Both the position numbers and the translations under genes were made by a program. A DNA stretch of 64,000 bases from a virus: positions 74,596-138,595 of IMG/VR virus record IMGVR_UViG_3300030109_005647. One strand, written 5' to 3'. Under the pieces are notes generated by a model, which worked only from the letters and a program-made list of their open reading frames with translations, was not told the DNA's origin and searched no databases. Of this stretch, positions 21,216-31,546 are shown in pieces. How positions within the stretch are numbered: position 1 is the first letter of the stretch; the number at the start of each line of letters is the position of its first letter.

Positions 21216-21620
21216 TTAATTCTGTATAGTTTCGACTAGTGTTACCGAATCTGTATTTTTCGTGCCTTTTATAAGATATTCAAATCTCACAGACAATAGA
21301 TTTCTTTGTCCTGTTGTTGATATTTCGCGGTTAGAACCTCTATTAACCTGTAGATCAATTATTTGTATTTCTGGTAAATAGGTTGCAACTTGACTTCTTA
21401 TTCTTTCCTCTATATCGAATTCAGGTGTGTTTTCAAATAGATAGTTTCTTAATCCAACCCCATAATCTGGAATCATAATACGTTCACCAGGAGCAGTAAG
21501 CATTAACATTTTTACCTTTTGTTTTGTATTTTCTTTGGCAGTTTTTGTTAAACCGTAAAAAAGATCTGTTCTGTCTTCGAGTAAAGGTAACTTTGCATCT
21601 AACCCTATAGTGCCTTGCAT
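21216..21620 (-). CDS. Baseplate wedge subunit gp25/GPW-like
   Basis: KMLMLTAPGERIMIPDYGVGLRNYLFE signature; adjacent to the gp6-like gene. Confidence 0.9.
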   Translation of the reverse strand: MQGTIGLDAKLPLLEDRTDLFYGLTKTAKENTKQKVKMLMLTAPGERIMIPDYGVGLRNYLFENTPEFDIEERIRSQVATYLPEIQIIDLQVNRGSNREISTTGQRNLLSVRFEYLIKGTKNTDSVTLVETIQN

Positions 21621-21640
21621 TTATTGACCCCCAATACAAA

Positions 21641-21648
21641 TAAATAGT
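21641..21648 (-). promoter_or_regulatory. Candidate late promoter ACTATTTA
   Basis: Recurrent motif, 20 nt upstream of the gp25-like ATG. Confidence 0.55.
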
Positions 21649-21662
21649 TTATTTAATAAATA

Positions 21663-24600
21663 CTAATCTTCGCAATCCAAAGTATTTTCGGAGCCCTGTA
21701 TTATGTTATTGGCTTCTTGAGTGCCATCAGACAGCGTGCTTTGGTCTGAATCGTCCGGTATGCCATCTAGAATTTTTGCTACGATTCCAATTGGAGTTAG
21801 TGGTCCAGGTAAAAGCCAAGGCGTTCTCCAGGTTGGATCGACCATGTTTGCTGCGCCTTTTAATAAAGTTTCTAGAAAAAGATTAATTAAATTAAAATCA
21901 AAAGAATCAGCAGGAAGTTGGGCTTCAGGTGTATACTTATAAAAATCTTGATTATTTTCTCTATCTGCCGTAGCAGCAACATTGTTTTTAGAGGAATTTA
22001 GAGTTTGTAACGTGTTCCTAAATAAATTATCCATATTAGGGTAATTTTTTTGAACCGATTCTGTAAGCAATACAGCAACAAAAGATAAAATATTTTTATA
22101 CTGCATTGAGTCCACGAGCGCTCGAAAAGTATCAGAATTTGCGAAACTAGCCTCAAAGCCTGCCCCTTCACCGCAAACTTCAGGAAAGAAGCTAAACTGA
22201 CTGTCGCCCTTAAACGCTGTTGGTTTTACTGTACAAGTTTGAATTTTAACAAGAGGTAGTTTGAAATACTTTTTACCATCAGTGCCCTCTTGAACGAAGT
22301 ATTTTCTTTGAAGGGCAGCGTTAACGAAATCTTTCCTACTTAGTTTATCTATTTGATTATTTAAATCAGAACTGTCTTCGGCATTTAAAATTAAACTAAA
22401 TGAATTTGCTAAATCAGCAAATAAACTTAAATAATTTGTGTCAGATAGTTCATCAACAGGTATTAATATATTTAAAGTCTTATAGCCACTCAAAGAAGAA
22501 AAGTATTTACTTTGATCTTTTAGTTCCTGTTCTATAGCGTTTATTGCGTGAACTGGCAATGGGCTAAACTGTAAATTAGTCACAACTAAAGATATAAAAT
22601 CACTAACACTATTGAATACATTTTCGGGCGATGCGAGAGTGCTGCGATAAGTTTGGTATTCTGTAGAGTCATATGATATATAACCATTAATTTTAGACAA
22701 TTCTTTGACTTGATCGCTCGTTAAATACTGAAAAGCTTGGTTATCAAAGTACACGTCTTGAATATCATAAGAGGGCACTTTGTTGCCAGTGCTAGACACT
22801 GAACCAAACAAATACTTAGAAATTATGCTGCCGCCAAAGACATCCTGATTAAAGTTTCCCCTAAGATATATTCCAGATTGTTGAACTTCCGAAGGTGTTA
22901 AAAGAGTTTTTGTCGCATCAATCATCGGCGCAGTCTCTGGTAGCGCGAGAAAGATCGTGTCATACAAGCTTTTTTCAAATACTCCACTCTCGCCAAAGCG
23001 CTTGTGTTGTACTTCAAATCCATTTTCTAAAAAGAATCCACCGTTAAATAATCTGCTTGGTTTACCTTCAGCATCTTTAGAATAAAAACCATTTGGTATT
23101 TTTGTTATGTGATTGTCAAAATCAATCTCAATTACAGGGGGAGGATTATAATTTTGACTAGTGGCAAGTATGTTATTCAGACAAGTTTGATATACATTTT
23201 GTAAAGGATCTGTAAATTCTTGAGCAAACTCTCCCTCTTCAAAAAATGTGCCCTTCGTTGCAAACCCAGAATTAACTATTTTTTCCACAACTACCGGTTG
23301 TATTTGTTTTATAGATGTAGAGATTATTTCTCTTAATGAGTTAGATTTTATTTGTTCATCTGTCAACCCAGGGTTGTCCAAGTCTAAATTGTTTCTAGCT
23401 ATATAAACCTGTCTTATTGACTCCTGCAAGACGTTTTCAAAAAAGAATATATCATTTTGTTCAAAAATTAACACTTTTCGTTTTACCTGATCCACAAGGT
23501 ATGTAAAATAAAATGAATCAAAGTCTTTTTTATCTTCGGAGTCAGGAGGGATAATAGCATCGATACCATAAGATGCAAAAGTAAAAAAGCTTTTTAAAAA
23601 CTCATTTATTGTAAGTACCCTCACATATGCTTCATAAAAAGAATATATCTTTGCTTTTTCTACTGCAGTTGGTACCGCATTGAGACCTAGAATACAGCCT
23701 AATTTATCAGAATTTTCTTTAAATCTAGTGACTATATCTTCGTATCCAAACAATGATTTATCACAAGAGTTTTTCTTGTTTACTTGAAGTTTATCAAAGT
23801 TTTCTTTTTTAAATAAATCGTTACCAGAAGAAACATACTCTGCGTGCTCTTTAATCATTTGTTCTATCAACGCGCCGAAAAATGATATACTTTTAACTGT
23901 TGATAAAATGTTGTTTGAATACTCCGATTGATCTTCCGTGCTGTTTAGATTATTAATACTGTCAAAAAAGTCTTGATAGGAGTGAGATTCCAAACTAGAA
24001 AAGAAAGATGTTGATCCAACTACTAATGCGGCAGTGCTTGGAGGAATATTATCTGTTTCAAAGTCTCCGTAATTTAGTCGATATTGTATTGGAGATCCCT
24101 CTGGTTGATCGCTTAATATAGTACTCAAATATATTTTGATATATTGAGTTAAAAGTGTGGTTTCTGTTATAATGCCGTTTTTTGATGCCGCTACAATATT
24201 GTTATAAACTTTTTTACCGACAGTGTTAAATTGATTCACTAAGCCATTTAAAGTTGCTTTATTGACATCCTGAAGACCTTGAATGCTAGAATTATTAGGG
24301 TCCGCAAACTTGTAAAGGCTATTCATCGCATTGGTTAAATTCGCAGGAGCTAGTGGTCCTTGAAAGAATTTTGCTAGGCTTTCTGGACCTGTGCCAAACT
24401 GATTTGTAAAAATCATTTTGAACCCGACTAATTCTCTCTCAAAAATCTCTTGAATAGAAAGAAAAGAATCATTAAGAAATTTTTCATCTATGTATTGAGA
24501 TGTGTCATGCTGCAATGTTTTGAATATTGGAGGATTATCTGATCCGTCCGCATCTGGACCGCAAAAAACTGGCGTATTAAATAAACTTGGGTTCTGCAGT

Positions 24601-26756
24601 TGATAGATTGAATCCATAACCTTTTCTAGTATCTGATTTTCTGAATCATTCAATGCCTTTAAAGCATCCTCTGTGAGTTTTTGCCTTAAATCTTCAGCTA
24701 AAAAATCATCACTGACGGGACTACATAACGCATTTAAAACTTTTTTCGTATTCTCTAGGGCATCTATTTTTTCTTTACATAGTTTTGAATCAATGCTTCC
24801 AGCAAATAAGAGAAACAATTCTTTAACACCCTGTTCATCTCCCAGGGCGTCTCGCAGAGACTTAAAGCGTTCTAAAGACAAAAGACCATAGAAGATTTTG
24901 TTAATTATTGAATTGTAATTCAATCCAGTTGAAAATGTTGAAAACAGAGAGCACATTTCAGATACAGTCAGAAGATCATTTAAACTGTCAAAAAAGTCAT
25001 CTAAAACATTCCTGCTCACTTTGTTTTCCAGGTAAGCCTCTATTTCGTCAAATATCTCCGGGTTCGTAACTATTTCTTGAAGATTATCTTGCTCATATGG
25101 AAATTGTAGGTCCCCTAAATCATCCAACTCTTCTGATTCTTGGGCTGCTCCATCAGGACTTTTGAGGTTGGAAAAATCTGCAGCACTCGTACCATCACAC
25201 AAGCCAGCTAATTCTCTCAATATCGCTCCAATTGTCTCGACAACTATTTGTGTTACTAGGCTGTATATCGCTTCTTTTAATGTTTGACTTGAATCGGAAC
25301 CCATACGCATCCCTTGATATTGATCAAGGGTGCCTGCTATGTTCTCCATAGCCTCTCTAGCTGGGTTGGCTAAACTATCTGCCTGTCTACGAATGAGTTC
25401 ACCGGCTTTTATATTTGCATCTTGTATGTCTTCTAGTGCCTCTTTTGATATGTTCTTGATTTCATTTACAGTATTTTCTAATTGTTGTTGACCGGATAAA
25501 GCAGATAAAAGAGATAGTGCGGCGGGTATAGCACCCAAGACAACAACACAAATTATATCTCTCTCCTGTGGATTTGCTTGTCGATATGTTTGTATTAAAA
25601 AATCTCTTACTATAGCTACAGTTGTTGAACTAGGGGTCGGTTGATTTAAATCACTATCTTGAAGACTTGTTTCTGTCTTTATTAGTGAAGCTAAAATGGC
25701 GGCTTCTGGATTTACACTATTGTATAAATACAATATTATGTTTTGTACATCTCTATTGGTCAGGTTTCTCATAATTGTATTACAAACCTGAGATAGAGGA
25801 GAAGACTTGATCAGCTTAACTGTACATTTTGCTGCTTGTCGTATTAAATATTCTACAGGTATTGAATTCAATACTTTTTTATAAACATCGTCAATTGTCT
25901 TTATCTCGGTGGCATTTCGTAAAATATTAAGAACCACTGGATCACCAACTTGAAGAAGTGTTTTACGGACATCATCATTTATAATTCTTTTATCAGTGAT
26001 ACCCAATCTCAATAATTCTTGATCCACCTGCTCAGTGGTCTTATAAGCGGTGGAGCCGTCATTATAAATTTTTCTCAATAGTTTATTTGGCTTGTTTAAT
26101 CTATCTTCTCCATCTCCTATACCAACAACGCCTCTTTTTTCATCCTTATCTACTATAGGAGAATCTAGTGCTTCTGTTTCCTCTTCAATCCCAAGATTGT
26201 TTATTGGGTTTTCTATTAAATCTATAGTATCTGACAATGTAACATCAACAAATAATAGAACCTGAAAGTAGATTAGAGATCCAGCGTCTTTGTTGCCTGG
26301 GTCGACATAAAAGTTTCGAGTAATGAGCATTTGCTGCGGAAGTCTTTCTGATACTTCCTCGCTTGCTATATCATCTTCACTATCTTCGGCAAAACCCAAT
26401 ACAAAATTAAAAGTTTTATCTGTTTTAAAACTTTGGGCAAAAACACTTAAAGCTTCGCTTTTAATAGTAACAATTAATTCTTCATTAAAATCATTAGAGC
26501 TAAACTTTTCTTTCCCTAGAATGTCTAAAACTTGCTTTATTGAAAATTGAGTTGTTATGTGATAAACATTTGTCTCTTTTCTTATTGTTTCATCAAAAGT
26601 TTGAAATATAATTTCATCTTGACTGTTCTTGATGTTAGTATTTTCATCAAGAAAGCTCTCAGCATTTGGAGAAGCAAAAGCAATGCCTTCTGCTTCGTCA
26701 TAGCTTATTTCTGTAGAGCCAATTTGTTTATACCATCTTGTTATTTGATTTGCCAT
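21663..26756 (-). CDS. Very large acidic, mostly helical hypothetical protein (likely baseplate/hub-associated)
   Basis: 1697 aa ORF between the spike-like and gp25-like genes; no catalytic motif recognised. Confidence 0.45.
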   Translation of the reverse strand: MANQITRWYKQIGSTEISYDEAEGIAFASPNAESFLDENTNIKNSQDEIIFQTFDETIRKETNVYHITTQFSIKQVLDILGKEKFSSNDFNEELIVTIKSEALSVFAQSFKTDKTFNFVLGFAEDSEDDIASEEVSERLPQQMLITRNFYVDPGNKDAGSLIYFQVLLFVDVTLSDTIDLIENPINNLGIEEETEALDSPIVDKDEKRGVVGIGDGEDRLNKPNKLLRKIYNDGSTAYKTTEQVDQELLRLGITDKRIINDDVRKTLLQVGDPVVLNILRNATEIKTIDDVYKKVLNSIPVEYLIRQAAKCTVKLIKSSPLSQVCNTIMRNLTNRDVQNIILYLYNSVNPEAAILASLIKTETSLQDSDLNQPTPSSTTVAIVRDFLIQTYRQANPQERDIICVVVLGAIPAALSLLSALSGQQQLENTVNEIKNISKEALEDIQDANIKAGELIRRQADSLANPAREAMENIAGTLDQYQGMRMGSDSSQTLKEAIYSLVTQIVVETIGAILRELAGLCDGTSAADFSNLKSPDGAAQESEELDDLGDLQFPYEQDNLQEIVTNPEIFDEIEAYLENKVSRNVLDDFFDSLNDLLTVSEMCSLFSTFSTGLNYNSIINKIFYGLLSLERFKSLRDALGDEQGVKELFLLFAGSIDSKLCKEKIDALENTKKVLNALCSPVSDDFLAEDLRQKLTEDALKALNDSENQILEKVMDSIYQLQNPSLFNTPVFCGPDADGSDNPPIFKTLQHDTSQYIDEKFLNDSFLSIQEIFERELVGFKMIFTNQFGTGPESLAKFFQGPLAPANLTNAMNSLYKFADPNNSSIQGLQDVNKATLNGLVNQFNTVGKKVYNNIVAASKNGIITETTLLTQYIKIYLSTILSDQPEGSPIQYRLNYGDFETDNIPPSTAALVVGSTSFFSSLESHSYQDFFDSINNLNSTEDQSEYSNNILSTVKSISFFGALIEQMIKEHAEYVSSGNDLFKKENFDKLQVNKKNSCDKSLFGYEDIVTRFKENSDKLGCILGLNAVPTAVEKAKIYSFYEAYVRVLTINEFLKSFFTFASYGIDAIIPPDSEDKKDFDSFYFTYLVDQVKRKVLIFEQNDIFFFENVLQESIRQVYIARNNLDLDNPGLTDEQIKSNSLREIISTSIKQIQPVVVEKIVNSGFATKGTFFEEGEFAQEFTDPLQNVYQTCLNNILATSQNYNPPPVIEIDFDNHITKIPNGFYSKDAEGKPSRLFNGGFFLENGFEVQHKRFGESGVFEKSLYDTIFLALPETAPMIDATKTLLTPSEVQQSGIYLRGNFNQDVFGGSIISKYLFGSVSSTGNKVPSYDIQDVYFDNQAFQYLTSDQVKELSKINGYISYDSTEYQTYRSTLASPENVFNSVSDFISLVVTNLQFSPLPVHAINAIEQELKDQSKYFSSLSGYKTLNILIPVDELSDTNYLSLFADLANSFSLILNAEDSSDLNNQIDKLSRKDFVNAALQRKYFVQEGTDGKKYFKLPLVKIQTCTVKPTAFKGDSQFSFFPEVCGEGAGFEASFANSDTFRALVDSMQYKNILSFVAVLLTESVQKNYPNMDNLFRNTLQTLNSSKNNVAATADRENNQDFYKYTPEAQLPADSFDFNLINLFLETLLKGAANMVDPTWRTPWLLPGPLTPIGIVAKILDGIPDDSDQSTLSDGTQEANNIIQGSENTLDCED

Positions 26757-26768
26757 AGTTTTCTCTTG

Positions 26769-27737
26769 TTAAGTTGTGTATACGGTTTTACTAGCGCTAT
26801 TCTCATAGCCAAAAGGTTCTGCCGTTGTAAGACCATCAAGTGTTGTTTTTAATTCGTTCATTATAACATCAGCTTGAGCAATTCCAGTGTTGCTAGCGCA
26901 TTTTATACCGCTAACAATAAGATCTATACTTGGTGAAACTTTGCCGCCTGCTACCGCTGCAGGACCTCCACCGGCTGCGACACCTACAGCTTGAATAGCT
27001 ACACTATCGTGCTGGTGTTTTGATATTTCAAGATTAAACTCACTTTGTGCTATTAGAAAGTTTCTAACTATCAATTGAAGTTCGTTTATTCTTTCTACCA
27101 ATTTTTTTATGTTTTTGTTGTTTTGCTCTGCTTTCGTTACAGGCTGTAGTAACTCGCCTTTATTAGCGGCAATAAACTCTATTCTGGAGTGGCTTGCAAT
27201 ATCAGTACCGTGCGAAGAATTTAAATCTGTCCTAGTCGCTATAACTAATTTTTGCCTAGATAAAAGCCTGACAGAATCAGCCTTTGCGATGAAAGACGAC
27301 ACACCGCGTGCCTGAGATGTGGTGCCTTTTGATATATTCTCGTTTCCATCAGGATCATTAAGCTGGGAGATATTAATATATGCCGCGTCCTTAGCTAGAT
27401 TTGGTTCTGTGACCAAAGACGCTTGAGATTTCACACCGGTGACATATCTACGAATGTCACTAGAAGACGGACCAGCACAAATAGAAATTTCTCCAGCGCC
27501 CATATATCTTCCATAACCAGAATCAGGATCACCTGGGCGATTTCTTCCTTGTCTAATATATGTCCCATTTTGACCGTAATCTACTTTTTCCCCTGGTAGC
27601 CTTCTAAGTCTTGCGACCCGTTCAACTAATGGATCACCATTGATTCCACACTTATTAAAATAAGTTGAATCTAAATTTGCCGCTCTTTGAGCCTCTGGTG
27701 AAAGATCGTCAGGATTAAAAACCGATTTAAGAGACAT
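26769..27737 (-). CDS. Baseplate central spike-like protein (gp5 C-terminal / gpV-like)
   Basis: Short beta-repeat segments (FIAKADSVRLLSRQKLVIAT), a coiled coil, then an HxH motif (KHQHD) as in metal-binding spike tips; position between lysin and gp25. Confidence 0.55.
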   Translation of the reverse strand: MSLKSVFNPDDLSPEAQRAANLDSTYFNKCGINGDPLVERVARLRRLPGEKVDYGQNGTYIRQGRNRPGDPDSGYGRYMGAGEISICAGPSSSDIRRYVTGVKSQASLVTEPNLAKDAAYINISQLNDPDGNENISKGTTSQARGVSSFIAKADSVRLLSRQKLVIATRTDLNSSHGTDIASHSRIEFIAANKGELLQPVTKAEQNNKNIKKLVERINELQLIVRNFLIAQSEFNLEISKHQHDSVAIQAVGVAAGGGPAAVAGGKVSPSIDLIVSGIKCASNTGIAQADVIMNELKTTLDGLTTAEPFGYENSASKTVYTT

Positions 27738-27758
27738 ATATGTTTCCTTTTATATTAT

Positions 27759-30035
27759 TTAGCATTTTTGTTGTAATGAGTTGTTACTTCCCACTCCCTC
27801 CACTGTTTTTACTTTTTTACCTGCTTTTACTTCTTCTTCGCTTGGTCTTGTACCGGGAAGCAGACTAAGAACTAAATCTCTATAAGCCTTCTTCTCTTTT
27901 CCAGTTCTATAGTGTACTTTATGACCACCGGTTGGATTAAGTCCTGCAGCAATAGCAGCTAGTTTAATTTTTCTTGTTTGTTCAAAAACAGAGAAATATC
28001 TGATTTTGTATTGAGCAGCCTTTCGTATTTGAGCTTTATCCATAGCCTCGCGGCGTTTTTTTAAACCGCTATTATCACCACCAGCATCAGGATTTTGACC
28101 ATAAGGAGGACCAAGGACAACAACATTAGTGCCCCCTGACTGTAGGGATGCTAACTTTTTATAAAGTTTTTCCAGTTCTTGATCCCAAGCTCCACCAGGC
28201 TTTAAACTTTTTGAATTAGCTTTAGCAGAACTGGCGTCGTTTCCTCCACAAGATCCAAAAATGACTGCGACAGCTTTTTGAGACGTCACAGAAGTCAATG
28301 CTGTGCCGCCCTTATTAGATTTTGAAGTTGGACCATTTAAATTACTTGACTGAGGACCGACTGCCTTTCTTCCATCTACCGCCTGCCAGCTTATTTTTGA
28401 ACCAGGATAGTTCTTTTTTGCCCAAGCCAATATCGCGCCTTTGTTGGCATTTGTATTTGAATCTCCATATATATAAACTACTTTTCCATTCGCTTTAGCG
28501 GAATCTACTGCTGCTTGTGCTTTTTCATTAGCCTTTGCCACAACATTAGGAGTCTGTTCGGTTGTCTCTACTTCATTTGGTTTTTTTAAATTTTCATCGT
28601 TTTTGCTTGCTTCTGTTTTGGATTTATACCAACTGGGGTAATAGGACTCTTTCGCTTTCTTAGCTTTCGCTTTCTTAGCTGCCGCTTCAACTTCCTCGGC
28701 TGATGGATCAGGAGAATCAACCTCAACTACTGTTGTTGCTGTTGTTGTGCTTGGCACTGATACTTGCGAGCCGGTTTGTCTTTGTTTATCCAAGTCGGAT
28801 ATAGCTTTCATTTTTGCGCCATATTTACAAATAGATCTTGGTTGACCGTTGTAAAATTTTCCCATTGAACACCAATCAAAAGTTTGCATAGCTTTTAAAA
28901 GGTATTGATTTCCACTTTTTGATTTTTTAACAACCGTACAAAACTTAATAAGCGCGTCGGCTTGTGCCTCTACTGATCTTGTCATGCCTATGGCACAGTC
29001 TTTTGGATCTTTATAGCCTAAAGCTTTTGGGACACCTCCCCACGGATGAATTTGGAAAATACCCCATGATGTGTTTGCGTACGCACCTTTGTCCCAAAGC
29101 GATCTCCCTTGTCCCCAAATTCCAGTGCTATTGGTAAATCTTTTACCAGCCCAAGTTACATTTGGCTGTTTTTTAAAAACTGCTCGATACTTTTTAGTCC
29201 AATGGTTGCTTATCATAAAAAGAAAATGCGGCATTTTATTTAAATCGGCTTCACCGTTCCAGTTATTTGCTTTTGGCTTACGACCACCAGTTTCAGTAAT
29301 TATAAATCCCCTAATGAGTGAGATGTCGCAATTCAATGTTTGTGATATATGTTTTAATACAGGAAGAGGAATATTTCTATCTAACGCTTCTAATTTACCA
29401 AGTAAGCTGCGAGTACCAAATTTATGACCATTGGTTCCACCGCCGGTGGCACCTTTCATGGCGCACTCGCCAAAGTGACCCGATGCTGCTAACCTTCTTG
29501 CTACAGCGTCAAATCCTGCACCAGCTAAAGGAAACTCAAATAATGGATCAGTTAACGTTACAGGATCTCCAAAACTTACAGCGACTTTAGCTCCAGGGGT
29601 CGGAGTTTCACCTAGATAATCATATGATTTAAAAATACCTAAATTTGCTACAATATCTTCAATTTTTTTAACATAATCATCATAACCAGCTTCTCCAGGC
29701 TGTTTAAGATCTGGGGTTTCTATATGTGTTAACGAGGGTACATTGACGATTGCCAAAAACGGTTCAAAATTTTCACTTTGTATGTTTTCTTCAGATAGTT
29801 TTACGCTAGCCAATAGTGGATCAAAAAACAAGTTCCCCGCTGTGGATAAGCCATCTGGAAATACTTGTGCTATGAAGTCCCCATAAAATATATTTTTTGA
29901 TTTATAGCTATCGCTCTGTGCTTGGCTTTGCGCTTGATTTTTTAACCATCCAACAAAATCTCCATTTATCTTGTCAAAAGGGACTGAATCTACGGGGGTG
30001 CTAGTATTATTTAAGAAAGAACGATTTTTTGCCAT
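27759..30035 (-). CDS. Tail-associated lysin: gp5-N/OB-like + N-acetylmuramidase (DUF3380-like) + SGNH/GDSL-like esterase
   Basis: PTPGAKVAVSFGDP (gp5 OB-type); ITETGG, TSWGIFQI, LGY, EAQ.DA.IKF, DW...GKFYNG...KY (DUF3380); YIYGDSNT, DGR, GGND, VHY (SGNH blocks). Confidence 0.72.
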   Translation of the reverse strand: MAKNRSFLNNTSTPVDSVPFDKINGDFVGWLKNQAQSQAQSDSYKSKNIFYGDFIAQVFPDGLSTAGNLFFDPLLASVKLSEENIQSENFEPFLAIVNVPSLTHIETPDLKQPGEAGYDDYVKKIEDIVANLGIFKSYDYLGETPTPGAKVAVSFGDPVTLTDPLFEFPLAGAGFDAVARRLAASGHFGECAMKGATGGGTNGHKFGTRSLLGKLEALDRNIPLPVLKHISQTLNCDISLIRGFIITETGGRKPKANNWNGEADLNKMPHFLFMISNHWTKKYRAVFKKQPNVTWAGKRFTNSTGIWGQGRSLWDKGAYANTSWGIFQIHPWGGVPKALGYKDPKDCAIGMTRSVEAQADALIKFCTVVKKSKSGNQYLLKAMQTFDWCSMGKFYNGQPRSICKYGAKMKAISDLDKQRQTGSQVSVPSTTTATTVVEVDSPDPSAEEVEAAAKKAKAKKAKESYYPSWYKSKTEASKNDENLKKPNEVETTEQTPNVVAKANEKAQAAVDSAKANGKVVYIYGDSNTNANKGAILAWAKKNYPGSKISWQAVDGRKAVGPQSSNLNGPTSKSNKGGTALTSVTSQKAVAVIFGSCGGNDASSAKANSKSLKPGGAWDQELEKLYKKLASLQSGGTNVVVLGPPYGQNPDAGGDNSGLKKRREAMDKAQIRKAAQYKIRYFSVFEQTRKIKLAAIAAGLNPTGGHKVHYRTGKEKKAYRDLVLSLLPGTRPSEEEVKAGKKVKTVEGVGSNNSLQQKC

Positions 30036-30038
30036 CCT

Positions 30039-30335
30039 TTATTTTTCCCCTTGGATTACGTCAAAAAGCTCTCTTTTGTCGTCTTCCGATAGTTCTACAC
30101 TAGAATCAGTTTTCTTAGCCATAATGGACGTAAGTTTTACTAATTGTTCATTGGATCTTTGTAAAGTTTCTACATACTTGGCTGCGATCAAACCTAAATC
30201 TTTGTGAGTTTCTTGACCATTGGTGATTTCTGCAAAAACTTGTGTGAGGAGTGTGGCTGTGATATCGCGATCGTCGCGAATATTGTCTATTGCTTCTTTA
30301 ATGTAGACCTCTAGGTCCTTTACTGATCGTCCCAT
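30039..30335 (-). CDS. Hypothetical helical protein
   Basis: 98 aa ORF overlapping the sigma-factor gene end. Confidence 0.5.
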   Translation of the reverse strand: MGRSVKDLEVYIKEAIDNIRDDRDITATLLTQVFAEITNGQETHKDLGLIAAKYVETLQRSNEQLVKLTSIMAKKTDSSVELSEDDKRELFDVIQGEK

Positions 30336-31018
30336 TCTTTTTTAAACTCCGCGTATCTCTTACGCACCTTGTTTAGAGAACTTACAACCTGCTTTGTGTT
30401 AAGCCCAGTTATCTCTCTAATATACAAGTAAATAGCTTTTTTGTTAAAAATTTCTATATTACTCGCTTCGTTAAAAAGAATCTCGATTGCTTTAATAGTC
30501 TTCACTTCATTTTCGCGGAGGGGCATCTTTTTCCAACCTTCAATTTCTTTATTAAGGTGTGAGAAAAATTCATGCTTGTTTCTATCTTCAATATAGGTAT
30601 TGTGAACTACTAATTGTTGTATAGTGGTTGTATTTGACTGACCGGAGTGAGTTAGAAAATATTCTTCAAGATGGGTTTCTCTTTTAGCCTTTTTGGAGGT
30701 TTTTTTAACTTCCGCAATGAACCAATTTTTTGAAACAACACTAAAATAGGTGAACGCTTTGGAGCCTTTATCTGGATCGAAGTTGTTTAAAACAGTAATG
30801 AGCCAGTTTTTACAATCGTCTTTGAGTGAGTCAATATTAGGGAGAGATGTGAACTTATAAGTGTAAACTATCTTGTCAACCATTTCGTCAAACACTGGTC
30901 CAATGTATTCTTTGTAAAGCTCGTTGCGGCGCTTGGGCTCTTGCGTTTGACAATACTCCACAATAGCATCTTGATGCTCTCTGCGAAAATAATGGTTTTT
31001 AGTTCTCTTCCTTGGCAT
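30320..31018 (-). CDS. Phage late-transcription sigma factor (T4 gp55-like)
   Basis: Likely start MPRKRTKNHYF at 31018; NFDPDKGSKAFTYFSVVSKNWF matches the sigma region 2 / gp55 FDP.K...AF.YF motif; C-terminal HTH-like segment. Confidence 0.72.
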   Translation of the reverse strand: MPRKRTKNHYFRREHQDAIVEYCQTQEPKRRNELYKEYIGPVFDEMVDKIVYTYKFTSLPNIDSLKDDCKNWLITVLNNFDPDKGSKAFTYFSVVSKNWFIAEVKKTSKKAKRETHLEEYFLTHSGQSNTTTIQQLVVHNTYIEDRNKHEFFSHLNKEIEGWKKMPLRENEVKTIKAIEILFNEASNIEIFNKKAIYLYIREITGLNTKQVVSSLNKVRKRYAEFKKEWDDQ

Positions 31019-31289
31019 ACTCTTCTTCCTCTTGTCTAAGGACACGCTGAAAACTTTGGCATTCCTCAACGAGAGATTTTGAGTGACGAAGTAGGTTTCC
31101 TAGTGTTTCGTCGCCATAAAAACGCTCAAGACCATTAACAATGTTAATATGATCTCTGTATTCTTCTAGTGTTTCACTGAAGCCGTCTAATTCTTCTTGA
31201 AAAGTTAAAAACCTCCTTAAGAGTTGAACGATATACCAGACAAAAACAATATTAAGAATGGTTGAGAGAGTCAAGAAAAGGTGTGTCAT
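30999..31289 (-). CDS. Small membrane-anchored coiled-coil protein
   Basis: N-terminal hydrophobic helix LFLTLSTILNIVFVWYIV. Confidence 0.55.
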   Translation of the reverse strand: MTHLFLTLSTILNIVFVWYIVQLLRRFLTFQEELDGFSETLEEYRDHINIVNGLERFYGDETLGNLLRHSKSLVEECQSFQRVLRQEEEEYAKEEN

Positions 31290-31534
31290 CTGCTACTATC
31301 TAGTTCCTTTTTTTGATTTTTGAGATCTTCTTTTGAGTTTTCAATAAACTCATTCGTTAAATCACCAGTTTTTTTCTTTTTTTGCTGTTTATTAGCATTA
31401 TAGGAGAAGTTTGTTGGCTTTCGTCCAATGTTTTTAGAACTACACCAAGGGCATTCATCTATTGATTCGGACATTAAATGGTTTTCTTTCCACTCTCCTA
31501 AACAGTCTCCACACTGATAAACATAAATTGGCAA
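31286..31534 (-). CDS. FmdB-family zinc-ribbon protein
   Basis: MPIYVYQCGDC...CPWCSS signature. Confidence 0.85.
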   Translation of the reverse strand: MPIYVYQCGDCLGEWKENHLMSESIDECPWCSSKNIGRKPTNFSYNANKQQKKKKTGDLTNEFIENSKEDLKNQKKELDSSR

Positions 31535-31546
31535 TTTAGCTCTCCT

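Noticed and set aside
19402-30035. Type VI secretion system or extracellular contractile injection system
   Set aside because: gp6/gp25-like genes come with a gp55-like sigma, PhoH and typical phage small genes; no Tss membrane complex or Afp-type ATPase seen
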